Position numbers and translations under genes: made by a program. A stretch of 64,000 nt of DNA from Glaucostegus cemiculus (taxonomy: Eukaryota). This document shows positions 26,469 to 39,984 of this stretch, one piece after another; the first letter of the stretch is position 1; each line of letters starts with the position of its first letter. The stretch spans positions 4,588,001-4,652,000 of the forward strand of contig CDPCPM010000151.1 in assembly GCA_976551045.1 (NCBI GenBank), written 5' to 3'. The notes below the pieces were generated by a model, which was not told the origin of the DNA, did no database searches, and saw only the letters and a program-made list of their open reading frames with translations.

Positions 26469-26844
26469 GCAAGTGTGCTTCTTTGTGTACTTCAGATTAC
26501 CCTTCATTATGTCTAAGTAAACTGTCCAAGATATAATTCAGTCATTGACAATGACTTGTTAGATCAGGGAAATGCAATTCCTTCACAATTATTCACTTCT
26601 ACTTTATCCACTTTTGTATAATGCATTGAATGAGATCTACTCATCAACTGTTTACTGCCTACTTGTTAAATTTTGGTGTGCTGCAGATGATTAAACAGAA
26701 TGATTAAATGAGAGAAACACCAAATGTAAAAGATACTTCATCTTGATCATTAGGAGCTGCTGCTAGATACAATTACCATTGTTATGTGACCCTTCAAATT
26801 AATAATTAAGAGGTTTAGAAACTTCTAGACTGCTGTGAAAAATA

Positions 26845-26967
26845 TATGCATGTAAGGATCCAGGATATGATGCTATGTGCCTGTGATGCTGCTGCAAGTA
26901 AATTTTTCATTGCACCTGTGCATACATGTACTTGTGCATGTGATATAAAACTTGACTTTGACTTTGA
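26845..26967 (+). mobile_element. LINE 3' tail ending in (ACTTGA)n-like repeat
   Basis: GATGCTGCTGCAAGTAAATTTTTCATTGCACCTGTG...ACTTGACTTTGACTTTGA; comparable tails at about 36120-36310 (-) and 36710-36845 (+, CCAATA repeat). Confidence 0.6.
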
Positions 26968-27289
26968 AATCTTCTGGCTATTGCTAATTAGAACAGGGAT
27001 GTATAGAGCTGGTGGAGGAGTTAGTCTAGTTATGGTGCAATGATGGTTTTGTTTCAAGCTCCCACTTGTTATGCAGTGATCTCTGCAGAATTGCAGGAAT
27101 ATTGATGTCAGGGCTCAGCTGCAGTACACTACATGTGAAATATCCAACTGATGCTTGCTGTCAAGGCTCATATATGAAGACTATCTACTTGTGCATGTAA
27201 AAGGGAAGCAGCAATAGATCATTTAGCTGTACAAGCAGAAATTACTATTCATTTAGATCATGGGTGATATTCTCTGTTTTCTTATTCTG

Positions 27290-27620
27290 ATATAAAAGGA
27301 ACCCATTCATCCCATTTAATCTATACTGGCTCTCAGAGCATTCCCATCAGAGTCCTTTCCCCAATTATTTTTTTGTAGCATTTTCTTACTTGGGTGTCTA
27401 TCAGCTCCCCTGATTCTCCTACTGCTCACCTACACTCAGGGTAATTTATAATAATCAATTAACCCACAGCACACCTTTGGGATAGGGGAAAAAATCTGAA
27501 CACACAGGGAAGCTCACAAAGTCACAAACTCCATCGACACAGCACTCGAAATTGGAATCAAACTTGGATCGCTGGTGTTGTACAGCAGGAGCACTAACTG
27601 CTACATCGCTGTGCCATCAT
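27290..27620 (-). mobile_element. V-SINE/HE1-like SINE
   Basis: Reverse complement gives GATGGCACAGCGATGTAGCAGTTAGTGCT head and GGAGTTTG V-domain remnant. Confidence 0.7.
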
Positions 27621-28310
27621 ATTCTATCTCCGTGTCCCTTAAATTATTTGGTATCCAAGAACCTATTGTTCATGTTCTGGGATGGAGAATTCCAAAGGTG
27701 CTTTAAGTGAAGAAATTTCTCTTCATTTAATTTCAATCCTAAATACTCAACCCTTTATTTGAGGGAGTGATCCTAGTTTAAGATATCTTATCCAGGGGAA
27801 ACATCTATCATATAAGGATATGCGTGTTTGCAAAATATCACCTTTCTAAACTCTAGGAAATATGGACATTGTCCAATCAATCTCTCCACTTAGCACAATT
27901 GTCTGATCTCAGAAATTTATTTTAGTAAATCCATATTGCGCTACTTAAATCCTTCCTTGGGTAAGTTGGCTAAATTGCACACAGTATTTCAGTAGTCAAG
28001 AGCCTATGTAGTTCCTGCTTTTATGCTCATATCCAGTTTTAATAAAAGCTAAAATACATTCCTGATTGCATTTTGTTCCTGCACGTGAACTTCCTGATAT
28101 TAATGTAAATACCTCTAAATAACAATATCAAAAAGTCTCTAACAATTTAAAAATACTCCACTACTTTATTTTCCCTACCAAAATATATATTTCTGCACAT
28201 TTTATTTCATTTGCCACATTTTTGCCTACTCATTTAATCTGTCTTATCCCTTTGTCCCCTTGTGTCATCCTGACACCTCATTTTCCTACCTGGCTTTGTA
28301 TTGTCTGCAA
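27620..28310 (-). mobile_element. Highly decayed CR1 ORF2 fragment
   Basis: AGTGAAGAAATTTCT and TTGCACACAGTATTTCAG are reverse complements of CR1 RNFFT and LEYCVQ regions. Confidence 0.55.
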
Positions 28311-29117
28311 TACTTTATTTAATTCTTTTTTGGGGGGGATCTGGGCATTGTTGGCAAAGCCAGCATTTAATGCCTCTCCCTAACTGCATTCAAAAAGTAT
28401 TGGTGACCTACCTTTTTGAATGACTACAGTACTTCTGGTGAAAGTGTTCCTACACTACTGTTGGTTAGGATTTAAACCCTGGGATGATAAAGTGCCAGCA
28501 ATACATTTCCAAATCAGAATGGTGTGCAACTTGGAGGGGAACCCGCAGGAGGTGGTGGAGATTCATCTGCTGTCATTGTCCTTAATGAGGTGGAGATCCC
28601 AGGTTTGAGAGGTATTTGAATACTTTATGCGCAGTACCTTCATTGAATAAATTTAAGTAGCTGTGCCTCAACTGCTGATCCTTGCAGAATCTGCAAAAAT
28701 ACTTTTTCCAAAGTCAATTAACCAGTGCTCAGTCTCTTGACTGCTAAGTTGGTGCCCTCTTGTGTAATACCTTATTGAATGCTTTATGGAAGGCATTGGC
28801 TTTCACTTATTGACGCTTAAAAATTTCTTCACAAGCTTGTCTTCATAAATCTGTGTTGACTCGGTAAGTCATATTTTCAGGTGTCCCACTACAACATCTC
28901 TAGAAAGAGATCCCTAGCATTTGCCCTACTATTGGTGTTAATGCAAAGTAAAGAAGACAAGCCACATTCTCAAGTAAGAATCAGTTCTTTCAAGAAGTGG
29001 AGATCATGAAAGAAAAGGGAGGGGAGGATGTTTTATACAATATTTCTTAGCATCCTTGAAAAGTTTGTGCTCAATTTTCACCCTCTTTATCCACTCTCTT
29101 TTTTCAATTCCAATCAG

Positions 29118-29267
29118 GGGGCAAATGTTATCGTTAATGCCAGCAGTCCTGAGGATGTGGATTCGACTGCTATCCGGCAGAAGTTGACTAATGGCACAAT
29201 GCACGTTTCAAGCCCAGTCTTGCGCCGACTCCACCTTAAAGAGGACGAAGACTTGCTGGGTCCAGTG
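29118..29267 (+). CDS. DBN1: Drebrin exon 5: GANVIVNASSPEDVDSTAIRQKLTNGTMHVSSPVLRRLHLKEDEDLLGPV
   Basis: caatcag|GGG...GTG|gtgggt; 150 nt, phase 0-0; lies in ORF 29028-29291; retains SSPVL. Confidence 0.93.
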
Positions 29268-30056
29268 GTGGGTAAAAGACGAAGTATCTGACAATAACTA
29301 TGGTACAAGGTGCTGGAGACTGGCAGTGGAGGTCATGAATGTATAGATTATTAGTCAACTGCTTTTTAGTTAAAGTTATAAGCTTGAATGTTAAATAAAT
29401 CCACCACCTTCAAAACCAAGCAACCATGGCATATATTCAAAGATAGTAGAGTTTGAGTGTAAAATGACCTATTTACTGTTTTACTGTATTTAGCTATTAT
29501 GTAGTGGAAGTTTAATAAGAATAGGAAACCTTAAATAATCAGTCTGTAGAAATAGCTGTGCTTTAGAGTGGTGTTTTGTGCAAAAAACTAAGCATCTTGG
29601 GGATGGGTGTGGTATTAGTACTGAACTGCGTCAAAGTTGAGGTCTGCCTGCAGGAATATGTGTGAATGGGCAGCTATGGGGTCATTGTTATGGAAAATGT
29701 AGCCTTAAAAGTATAATTCTTTAAAGGGTGACGACTGTAATCGTGATTCATTTATCAGTCTCAAGACATTCAACAATATGCAGTATTAGGATTCCTAGTA
29801 CCTGACTTCATTGATATTCAGAAGCTTAGCAAAATGTAACTAGGAGGTGTGTAGAACCAGAGATATTTAGCTTCAACTTCCTCTCTCTGTGTCAAATGCC
29901 TATAGATAGGATTAAATGGTTAATTGTGCAACATTATAAATTTCAAAGTCCCAATAGTTCCTGCAGAGCAGCTTGTCCTTCAGTGGCAGTAATCTGCATC
30001 TTTCAGTGACAGTTGATTTTGTTTTCTTTTCTTTAATGTATGTTCCCTTGTTGCAG

Positions 30057-30134
30057 GGAACAACATACCAAAAGACCAATGCTGCAATTGAAATGAAGCG
30101 AATCAACCGAGAATTATTCTGGGCACAAGCAAAG
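30057..30134 (+). CDS. DBN1: Drebrin exon 6: GTTYQKTNAAIEMKRINRELFWAQAK
   Basis: ttgcag|GGA...AAG|gtacaa; 78 nt, phase 0-0. Confidence 0.96.
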
Positions 30135-31189
30135 GTACAACTCGCCATAATCATTAAACATTACCAACTAGGGGAAATTTCATATTTGCAAGGAAAAGTT
30201 CAGACTCTTTGTTACCTTTCTGCTACATAATGTTGTTTCATTAATTCTTGTCTGAGGAATATAGAGGACTTTTTAAGTCTGGTGGAAGGAAATAGCATTT
30301 TTTTGAGTAACTTTTGTTGACCAGGGCATGTCTGGTTTTTCTGCATCTGCCCTGATTAGCTGTTTGTTACAGGCCTGATTTGAGTTGTTTGCATTGTTTC
30401 CAAATCTGTTCATAAATTCAGCCATGGAATCAATAATTTTAAATTATGATTTTACATAAAAATATACTTTTAAAATTGTTGTGAAACAAGATTAGCAATC
30501 TGCGTCAGTGTGGTAAGTCGATTTCACCTGTGGAACTTTGTTTTTAATTATTGTCTTATTGACTTGAACAACAATTTTCTTAAGAACCAGAGTGGATCCC
30601 ACATTTCATGTCTGACCATTTATGTCTGACATTTATTTGGAGGTGTGCACTAGGTTGAAGATTGACTTTGAAGATAAACTATTGAAAATTGTAAATTTGA
30701 CATTTTGCGAATTTGTCTGTGACAATTAGTGCTGTATAAGTAGTGCGGTGTTAAGTATGCTGTTAGGGAGACTGGATTAATATAACTCTCAAAATGACAA
30801 TGCTTAGCAATGTATTTAACCCATTTAATAGTTGGAAAGGATACCATATAATTTATACAATGACAGTAAAAACCATGTTATTTGCCTTCCACCAGTGTAT
30901 TTGGGATATCAAAGATGAATGTCTGACCTAATTGATTGTCCAGATGAAAGTTAATAATTAGAATATTAGCAATTAAAGTGAAATTTGAACAGTAAATGCT
31001 ATAAATGCTCAGAAGCTCAGGCAGCATCTGTGGAGAAAAGAGCAAAATTAATGTCTCAGGTTGAAGATACCTTGGGTTGAGATCCTCTATCTCTATGGAG
31101 CTGTTGAGATTGAGGATCAGCTGTTCTACAGTGTAGCAAGGCTTGAAGGGCCAAATGGCCTCCTATTTTTCTGTTTCTGTGAAAATCAA

Positions 31190-31420
31190 TAAAAACTGTG
31201 GAAGTTAGAAACCTGAAATAAAAACAGGAGATGCTTGAAAAATTCAGCAGATCGAGCACCTTCTGTGGAAAGAGAAACAGTTAACATTACATATGCAGGA
31301 CCCTTCACTGGAACCCTAAAGTTCTAATGAAAGGTCCCAGATTTGAATCATTAACTATTTCTCTTTCCACTGTGCTGCCTGCCCTAGTAAGTTTTCCAGC
31401 ATTTTCTGATTTTACTTCTG
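31190..31420. mobile_element. Penelope-terminus foldback (about 110-bp arms)
   Basis: GTGGAAAGAGAAACAGTTAA...GGACCCTTCACTGGAAC / GTTCTAATGAAAGGTCC...TTAACTATTTCTCTTTCCAC. Confidence 0.7.
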
Positions 31421-31565
31421 TTCGTTGTGTTAATGCAAGATCATTTTCCTTCTAAATATAAAGTGGCTTCCATTCCCTCTTGAAGAGTGCACCATTCATT
31501 CCTCTTGAACCACTGCAGTGTGTTATTTCCAGTCTCTCATGTTTTTGCTATTTCCCCTTCTCTAG

Positions 31566-31717
31566 AAAGAGGAGGAGCTGAGAAAAGAAGAGGAGCGCAA
31601 GAAGGTGATTGAAGAAAGAGAAAAATTTGAGAGAGAGAGAATGGAGCAAGAGAAGAAAGAACAAGAAGATAGAGAGCAAAGATACAGAGAACGAGAGAAA
31701 CAGATAGAAGAAGAAAG
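31566..31717 (+). CDS. DBN1: Drebrin exon 7 (coiled coil): KEEELRKEEERKKVIEEREKFERERMEQEKKEQEDREQRYREREKQIEEE
   Basis: cttctctag|AAA...AG|gtatgg; 152 nt, phase 0-2. Confidence 0.96.
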
Positions 31718-33589
31718 GTATGGTTGATGTTTGGAATGCATGTTCCAGACATGTGGGTAGTGGAAAATTGTCTTAGAGTCAGTGCTGTGAGTTGCTGAAT
31801 GCTCTACGTCTGTTTCCTAGAGTTAATCACCTCTGCACAGTAAAGCTACTTTAAGAATGGCACTCTTGCTTTGAGATGGCTGCTAATAGTTCAGTGATTT
31901 TGAAAAGCAGAAAGAATAACAGCATGGAATGATTATAGACTGTTGTATTTTGCTTTAAAGGGTGCTGGGATCTTGTGAGTTTTCTGACATCATCCAATGA
32001 CAAATGGAAATACTTTCACTAAGCTGTTGTAATTTTTTTAAATTGCTACCAATTGTCATGTGATTCAAATTGCTAAAGCACTTTTGCCTCTACATGTTGC
32101 TCAAATGTCCTTGTGCAAAGGATGTCAGGGATATAGGAGAATAAATTGATAAGTCACACAGGAATAGCAGTATCCAATCAACCCATGCCTGTTGATTGAC
32201 ATTTATACATTGCCTGCTGATAAGCATGAATGCTGTATGTAATTAGTTCCACTGCCAGTCTTCAATGGCTGCACACATCAGCAGGAAGCCCAAAGTCATA
32301 ACTTGCTGTCACTACTTCAAGTTAGGAGATGTGGTTTGTGTCTGAAGAGGTGCAGGAAGTGAATCTGACCTGAGAAACAGTGAAGAATAGTACAACGTGA
32401 GAAATTGTGGGCACTAAAGGTTTAAGGAAGGAGAAAATGCCCTATATCTACACAGTGGCACTTCAGACCCACAGTTAATAGCTACTGGTAGCAAATAGCT
32501 ATGGAGGTCAATGGTAGGTCTAGCCCTGAGACCTGGATGTGTGCTAACCTTTAAGTATTTTCAGTCCCTTTAAGTAGCATTGGTGGCAGGTTCTGTGTGA
32601 GGCTAAGAGACATCATAAACTGGAGGGTGGAACTCCAGAATGGTAGAAATGGGGCCAAATCAGCATGCCCACTAGTCAATGACATGATCTGCAGATTCTA
32701 TAAACGTTCGGTGTTCGTTAGCTTTATATGCACTGGTGCTTTCACCATGAAGGCATGTGGCAGGATACATTCTGTGCATGGTTTTGGCAAGTGCATAATG
32801 TTATATATTTACTTGACCAGCAACTACAGCACCAAACATCAGGCACTGCCAAAGTCAATTTTGGACCACAGGAGTGTTCATTTGGGTAGTTGGTTAGTCT
32901 CACCTGCCAGGCAGACCTGAGATATCTCCATGTTTGAGGGAAAATTGTTCTCAGAGTTTTGTTGCATATCTCTGAGTTCTTGGTATAGTGCAAGTTATTG
33001 GCAGCTTATTCCCTGACATTACACTTTATCTTTTCAACATTCTGTTCACATTTTGTCTTATTGCACGTTTATGCATCTACTTCTGCTTCAAGTTCTTATG
33101 AAGATTGAAAGCCAGAAACTTGATATGTTTCACCAAATCTAGCTGCTTCCTCCTCTGGTCCAAAACCAGTGACTTACAGCTCTTGTCCAGAACTCAATTT
33201 GTCACATGGTACCTTTGATTTTAAAAGTATTCTGAATTAATTTATGCTTTCATAAAGAAATTAATTAGGCGGTGCTGTTAAAACAAATATTTATCCCACA
33301 ATATGGTTGAAGATGGGAAGCTTTTTGTACCTGTTTTGGAATGTTATATTAACATAATGGTTCTATATGGGAAAAGGAGAGACAGGAACGTATATCATCA
33401 CCACACTTATTTAACCTGTACACGTATTCACTGAGAAAAGGAGCACTGGAGTAGGCTGAGGTAGGAATCTAGATGAGAGCTTGAAACATCAGCAATCTAA
33501 GTATGCAAATGGTACCACTGTATTACTGCAAGTGAAACCCATGAAAGGCAAAGTTGGGAGTGTAGGAATTGGTCTGTATGGAACATCAA

Positions 33590-33790
33590 GAATGCAAAAG
33601 TTTATGCCATCCAGAACTCAAACAAATTTATATTTTGGCATATAAATGTCAGACATTAGAGATATAATATGGGAAAATGGTGGAATAGAGAAGGCAATCC
33701 TGCTTGGCAAATTGGAAGGAAACAAAGGAAGAGGAAGACAGACAACACTCATAAGTATATCTGCAGTATCCTTGAGACGTAGTTGGCAAT
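33590..33790 (+). mobile_element. RTE-clade LINE C-terminal relic
   Basis: Reads YFGI...IEKAILLGKLEGNKGRGRQ, typical of RTE ORF ends. Confidence 0.6.
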
Positions 33791-35565
33791 AGATTGTTAT
33801 GGAGGGAATAGACTCAACATTTCCTTGCACAGCCTCACAAAAGAACTGGGCTGTGCAGTTGCAAATCAGCTTCACCCAAGGACAGCAATATTGCATGCAT
33901 TTCTTAGTGTCTAACCAACTACTGGGAAATTTAACTCGTGACATATCAGTGGGACTTACATTTGTCCTTTGACCTTTTCTCTGGCGTCAGCAATAGTGCA
34001 ACATCTTAAGCATGTCTCCATTATCATTTTACAGCCTAAGTGAGCTGCAGAACAACAGTTCTTATTCACTCACTGAACAACCAGATTTTGCCCACTCCAT
34101 TTTTCCTGAAACCATGTTTATTAAAAGACTAAGGCTTAAACTGCATCTTTGTCCTGACTGAGATCAGTGATCTCCTGCAGCCTCACAGTTGTCCCTGGTC
34201 TGCTTTCACTGTGAAGTTCAAGGTCATAATAACTTTTGGCTTTCTAGTCTCAGGATCATTCCAGGTTGTTGCTGCTGATCTATGCCACATCTCACTGCTT
34301 GCTGCTCATTAGTTAGGTACTCCGTACTCTAGCAGGGAGAACCTGTAAATTTTCTTCCACATATGGGAATAGGGGACCATGTGGACATTGCCAGCATTGC
34401 AGACTCTCTCAAAGTGCAGATGTTCATCAACTCTCTTTCTTGCAGAAACCTTCCTGGTAACTGCCAGCCAAGGACAACTGGTCGTAGTGTTGGAGGACCT
34501 CCATGGCTCCTTGCATTTCAATAAAAAACATGCCTCCAATGGTTATCAGCCTGACCTGGTCCTGCTAATTCCTTTTGACCATTCTCTTGCCCCTCTCCCA
34601 TAACTACAGCATCCATTCATTAAGAAGCAACATTCCCATACAGCTATAAGAGTTGCTTATGGTACATTCCTTTCAGAATGGTCTACAGATATCACACCTC
34701 CTGGGCTAAATGCTGGCAGCTGAGAGAAATTGTAATGGATAAACAGAGTATACTATGGTGAAACTGACACAGCATGGTCTTACGTAGGGAAGCCCCCTCT
34801 CTGTGGTGCTGTGAATCTCTCAGTTGAAAATCTCAATCAATAGGGAAACGTAACATTGATTTGGCAACCTTAACTGGTTGTCAGTAGTTTCTAGGCTAGT
34901 TAGTCTATTGGGTTGCTAGGAGTTGACACTGGCTCGATAACATTTTGATGTTACAGGCCACAAATTAATTGCCTGAAATGAAAATTGTGGAAGGATCATT
35001 TGTTACTTAATGATGAATCTGTAAAATTTTGAAGTTTTTAAAATTTTAATATCACTAAACTAGTAGAAAGGTTACAAGTGTGAGATGCTTTGTACTGGGT
35101 ATTTCCCATTGTATTCTAAACTTTTTTAAAAAAAATCCCTCTTGTGTGCTTTTGCCCCTTCATGATCCTTCAGTATTTTAATTATAATGATATACCATTT
35201 GTTCATCTTTGTTTTTGCAAATTGGTATTTCATAATGATCGATAATGATAGATGATCTATTTTTTATCACTTTTCCTGGAGTCCACAGTGTCCTTCCACT
35301 GGGTTAGTTTCTTTATACAGCAGGTTTTAGAGTTTTTACCATTTTGTAATGCATTGAAAGTGAACAACAATGGACCAATCAATATGATGGTGGCTAATTC
35401 TGAGTTTAATAACAGTGAAGATATGTATAGCAATGGTAGGTTTATGTGATGGGTTTGGGTAGAGGCTCCATTTAATGTTGTTACTACTTAATGCCATATC
35501 AGCATGATAATTGCCTTTTGTGTGTTGAATTGATTACTTTTTATATGTGTGTTTTCTAATTTTAG

Positions 35566-35629
35566 GAAAAAATTGCAAAGCCTTGAAGTCAATGAAATCA
35601 AAGATACATTGAGCCAGAACACCAACAGG
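35566..35629 (+). CDS. DBN1: Drebrin exon 8: (R)KKLQSLEVNEIKDTLSQNTNR
   Basis: ttttag|G...AGG|gtcagt; 64 nt, phase 2-0; same register as RKQQTLEAEEAKRRLKEQSIF. Confidence 0.85.
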
Positions 35630-37689
35630 GTCAGTGAGGTTCCTAGTTCTTATTATTGTATTCTTTGTAACTGCATGCTGCAAAACAATTCACTTCTGCA
35701 TTGTGACTTGAAACCAAATTGAGCGATGAGCCAGTGTGGCAAGATCCAACACTGACCACAGGTATTCACTCACCCAGTAAGATGGATATAGAAAGCCTGG
35801 ACCACCTCACAGTCAAAACCAACACCATTCCCACCACCACCCCCTGCTCCCTTGCCCTCAACACTCACAAATAAAGTGAATTGAGAATAGTATGCGGTTA
35901 TGATCAGAGCTTTGTATCATGACACGAATGACACTCACTGACCTCAGTACTTTCCAGTAAACCTGCTGATCTCTCTGATGCCTCTGATAAGTCTACACAG
36001 CAAAAGTTTGAAGTGTTCTTGCTTTCTAGGTACGGTCAACACAATATCCCAGCACCATCACTTTGTGGATTAATTACATTCATTCATGAGATGATATCAG
36101 AATATATTGTCCATCCCTCATTCAAGTTCAAATATATCACATTCAAGTTTATTGTTGTCAAGGGCACACGTACACAGGGTATAAATGCCTTGAAAATTAG
36201 CTTTTGCAGCAGCAGCACAGTACAAGGACAAACATGTTAACGTAAACTTAAATTAACATAAATTATACATAACTTAGACGTGTGCAAAGTAAACGACATC
36301 AACACTAGTCCAAGACATTTTGCAGCTGGCTCCCAAGGGAACACCAAAATACTCCCGTTCTTACCATTTAAAAAAATAATCCCTAATTACCCCTGAACTG
36401 AGAAGGCGGTTAAGAATCAGCCACATTGCCTAGAGTTGCATAAAGTCCAAACAGGGTAAGGATGACAGATTTCCTTTCCTCAAGGGCATCAGTGAACCAG
36501 ATGTTTGTTTTTACAGTGACCCAGTTGTTTTTTTGTAGTTGAATTGACATTCCCCACGTCGTTATGGAATTTGAATTCTCATTTCTTGACCAGTGATCCA
36601 GAACTCTTGAGTGCCAATCCAGTAATTTAACTGTGGCACCTAGTATTCTATAAATAGTTTAATATTTTTATTATGTATGTCATTTAGTCTCAATAAAGTG
36701 ACTGTGACACTTTACTCTGTATTCTGTTATTGTTTTTACCCTGTACTACCTCAATGCGCTGTGTAATGAATTGATCTCAGTATGCAAGACAAGTTTTTCA
36801 CTGTACCTTGATACAAGTGACAATAATAAACCAATACCAATAAACTGGAACAGGAAGGGAGTAGGATGACTTCCACTTTCTTCTACATAAATCTCCTACC
36901 TTATTTCATTCTTTACAAATCCGTACAGGATTTAATGTTATGGTGTTAAGTTTTACATGCTAGTAGTTTGGTCTGTTGAAAAATATTGCTTTCAGCAACT
37001 AAGGTACTTGAATTAATCTCAAACCTGGCTGATAATTTGTATTTACCAATAATTAAATACCAATTTTAAACATAGTACATCTGAGAAGTGGAACTAGCAG
37101 AATGGGTGCATCAGGTGGTAAATTTCCTCATAGCTACCGTAGCAACTGTACAGTGCTACTGTAATCAGTTAGCTGGGGTGAGTCATACCAGGAGGGAAGG
37201 TTAGATATTTAAGAATTACTTTGATGTACAGATACTATCAAAGACTTAAAAGTCTCTAAGAATATTTTTAGCAGAAAAATAAAACTGCCAATGATAGTGT
37301 CTGACCATGCAGTGCACTCTGTCTTGTGATTGTGGATGTAGACTCACCTCATTCTTCTTAGTTTAAACATTGATGTATTTATTATTAAGTATTTTAGATT
37401 CACACTGTGGTCTGTCAGCCATTGGGGAACTTATTAAGTAATTCCTTCCATCTTAAATAAGGGATTTAATAAAAAAATACTGTTGGCAAACTCCATCTTG
37501 TATTTACTATCCACATCAGATGATTCAAGTCACTGATATCAGCCTCACATCAGAATAGATAAATAATATCACTGCTATCCCCTCAGCTACTTGATTTGCA
37601 TCACATCAGTCCACTATATCAACATTTTTCATAATGTGGGAATATTGACCTTGCATCTGATTTGATGTTATTGAGTTGTAGATCCACCT

Positions 37690-37950
37690 CTATAACCAAG
37701 ATCTCCTGTTACCTCCTTCACATCGCCCATTTCCCCGTGCCCCAGCTCATCCTCTGAAGAAATCCTCATTCATGGCTTTGTTACCGCTAGATGTAACTGT
37801 TCCAATGTTTTTCTATGCTCCATTCTTCGCAAACTGAGCCCATGCAAAGCTCTGCTGCCCATATCCTAACTCTCATCAAGTCCTGTTCACTCGTCATCCA
37901 ATATTCACTGACTTGTGTTAGTTCTCAGTTTAGCAACATTTCAGTTTTAG
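37690..37950 (+). mobile_element. L2 LINE relic
   Basis: LIHGFVTARCNCSN resembles L2 LIHAFVTSRLDYSN; QSSAAHILT; related L2 debris at about 58100-58650 and 59190-59480. Confidence 0.65.
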
Positions 37951-38270
37951 TATCCTCACCTCTGGCCTTTCTGAAATTTGACATTCATTGTGCTATATAA
38001 ATGCAGGTTGTTGGAATGAGTCCACACATCAGTCTAATGCTTTGAGGTGATGATCTCTGCTATAATCCTGCACTGAACTAATATGCTTAATTTTATTTAT
38101 TTTAGCAATTTTGTTTTGCATTTCATAATGGTGATAATTATATTTTGTTGCACCTACTCATATCCACCCAGATTTAATGTGGTAACGGATAGCCACAGGA
38201 GAATTGCTGCAGTATAGGCTTTTGCTGCAACCTTCAAATGGTGCTTACGAACCTGTTCATTTTGAAACAG

Positions 38271-38348
38271 GAAGCGCAGAAGGAGGGAATGGAAGAAGAT
38301 GAAGAGAACAGAGGATCCAAGATCAGCGATTCAGCCGAGAAAGCAGCA
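38271..38348 (+). CDS. DBN1: Drebrin exon 9: EAQKEGMEEDEENRGSKISDSAEKAA
   Basis: gaaacag|GAA...GCA|gtgagt; 78 nt, phase 0-0; acidic, positionally equivalent to GDHRDEEEETHMKKSESEVE. Confidence 0.8.
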
Positions 38349-39984
38349 GTGAGTAATTAGTAGCGATCAAAATGCAAGTTTAAAACTGGTCCGTGCACAG
38401 GGTAGCAAAAATAAAGACATTGTAGATGCCCTAATCTCTAAACCTATATAGTGACAAATAATGGTACTAAAAGGTGCTGAGCCAGAAAAGATTGGATCTG
38501 ACAGCAACTCCTGAGGATTTAGCCAGTGGCTGTGGCAGAGTTTAGAATAGAGCCTTGTTCTGCCAGGCTTTCAGCCTCTGATTTTTACTGGTGTAGATTT
38601 CTTATCAACAAGGTCTTCCTGCGCACACATCCTTCAATGGTGTTATCCCTAGAAGAGGAATGACAGTCATTGAAACTTATACTAATTGTACCTCTGACCC
38701 TGCTTCCGTTGAGCAGGTGTGCCACAACAAGATGGGAGAAGTGTGGCCAAACACCTTTCTCAAATGGCTATTTCCCTGCTGTAACTTCTAGAGAAGCGTG
38801 AAGATTGAATTCCAGGACTTATAGTTCATATTCTCAGGCTGCACAATAGCAATTTACCAGAGTAATGCATGAACCCTGTATCACAGTCACGCTGGAATAG
38901 TACTGGTACCCACCCCAACTGTGGATTAACCTGGACCCCAGATTTCAGGCAGGATCAGAATGTGAGCAATGGCTTGGTAGAAATTCCATCTCATTACCCA
39001 CGTCCCCCCTCACCCGCACCCCCACCCCCACACGCGCGCACACATACACATGCCCACACATGCACCCAGTGCCTCCAGGAATGTCTGGAGAAGTTTTCAG
39101 AATGTTTCTAAAAGGTTTCAAATGCATGATCTTTGTTCATCGAGGGAATAGCTTGATGAGGATGATCATATAATGTGAAGAAGCCTCGAAATGGCCATAA
39201 GGTTTTCCTTCATGTGTGATTAAAAATCTCTCTGATTTATGAACAGTGATTTAATGTTCTAGCCCAACCTCTGTGATCTCCTAAAAAGGGATTAAGCTGA
39301 GGATTTCAGTGAGATGAAACAAGCTGTAATTATGTCACTGAATGTTTTTCTATTTGTTTCAGCTTACTGAACAATCTATGCGTAGGGTACAGGAAAATAT
39401 GGATATTGTATTATTTAGTGCAATAATTTTATGCAAGATGGTTGAGTTTCACAGGAAATTGATTGGTGACTGTGATTTTCCTCCCAGGGCCCCTGACCTA
39501 GACCCACAGCCTGCCTCAGAGCATGTTAGATGTGCAAGACTTCTTCCATGGCCTACACATTCTCATGCTCAATAGAATTTTGTACTATTGTCAAAGCAAA
39601 ATATTGATTGGCCAGGTGTTTAAGATTTTCTAGGCCGTAATACCTTTAAAACAACAGCAAACTAAAAGCATGGGTGTTTAAATGGAATATATAATCCCTG
39701 ATTTTTCTCCCATTAATAGCTGATGAATAACATTACAAATTTCAAAGTTGCGTATTTTAATAGCTGACCATTGATTATGGGGAGAAAAATCAAGTTGCCT
39801 TTAATTGTTTTGTCAAAAGGAACCACCACACTCCTTGCCTCTGTCAGAGACAGTATGCCATTATTGCCTTATTATATTGCAACAAAATATTCACCTGAAT
39901 TAGTCATAACTTGGTCTCTGCCATGCAGCTGGCCTGACTGAAAAGTATTAGGAAGGCAGTTAGGAGTTGAGTGGTAGCAATGGA

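Noticed and set aside
34000-34600. Possible RTE-like relic on the minus strand
   Set aside because: Too degraded to assign boundaries or family by eye.
38995-39070. C-rich/CA tract with a few CpGs as an internal promoter
   Set aside because: Short simple-sequence tract, not a CpG island.
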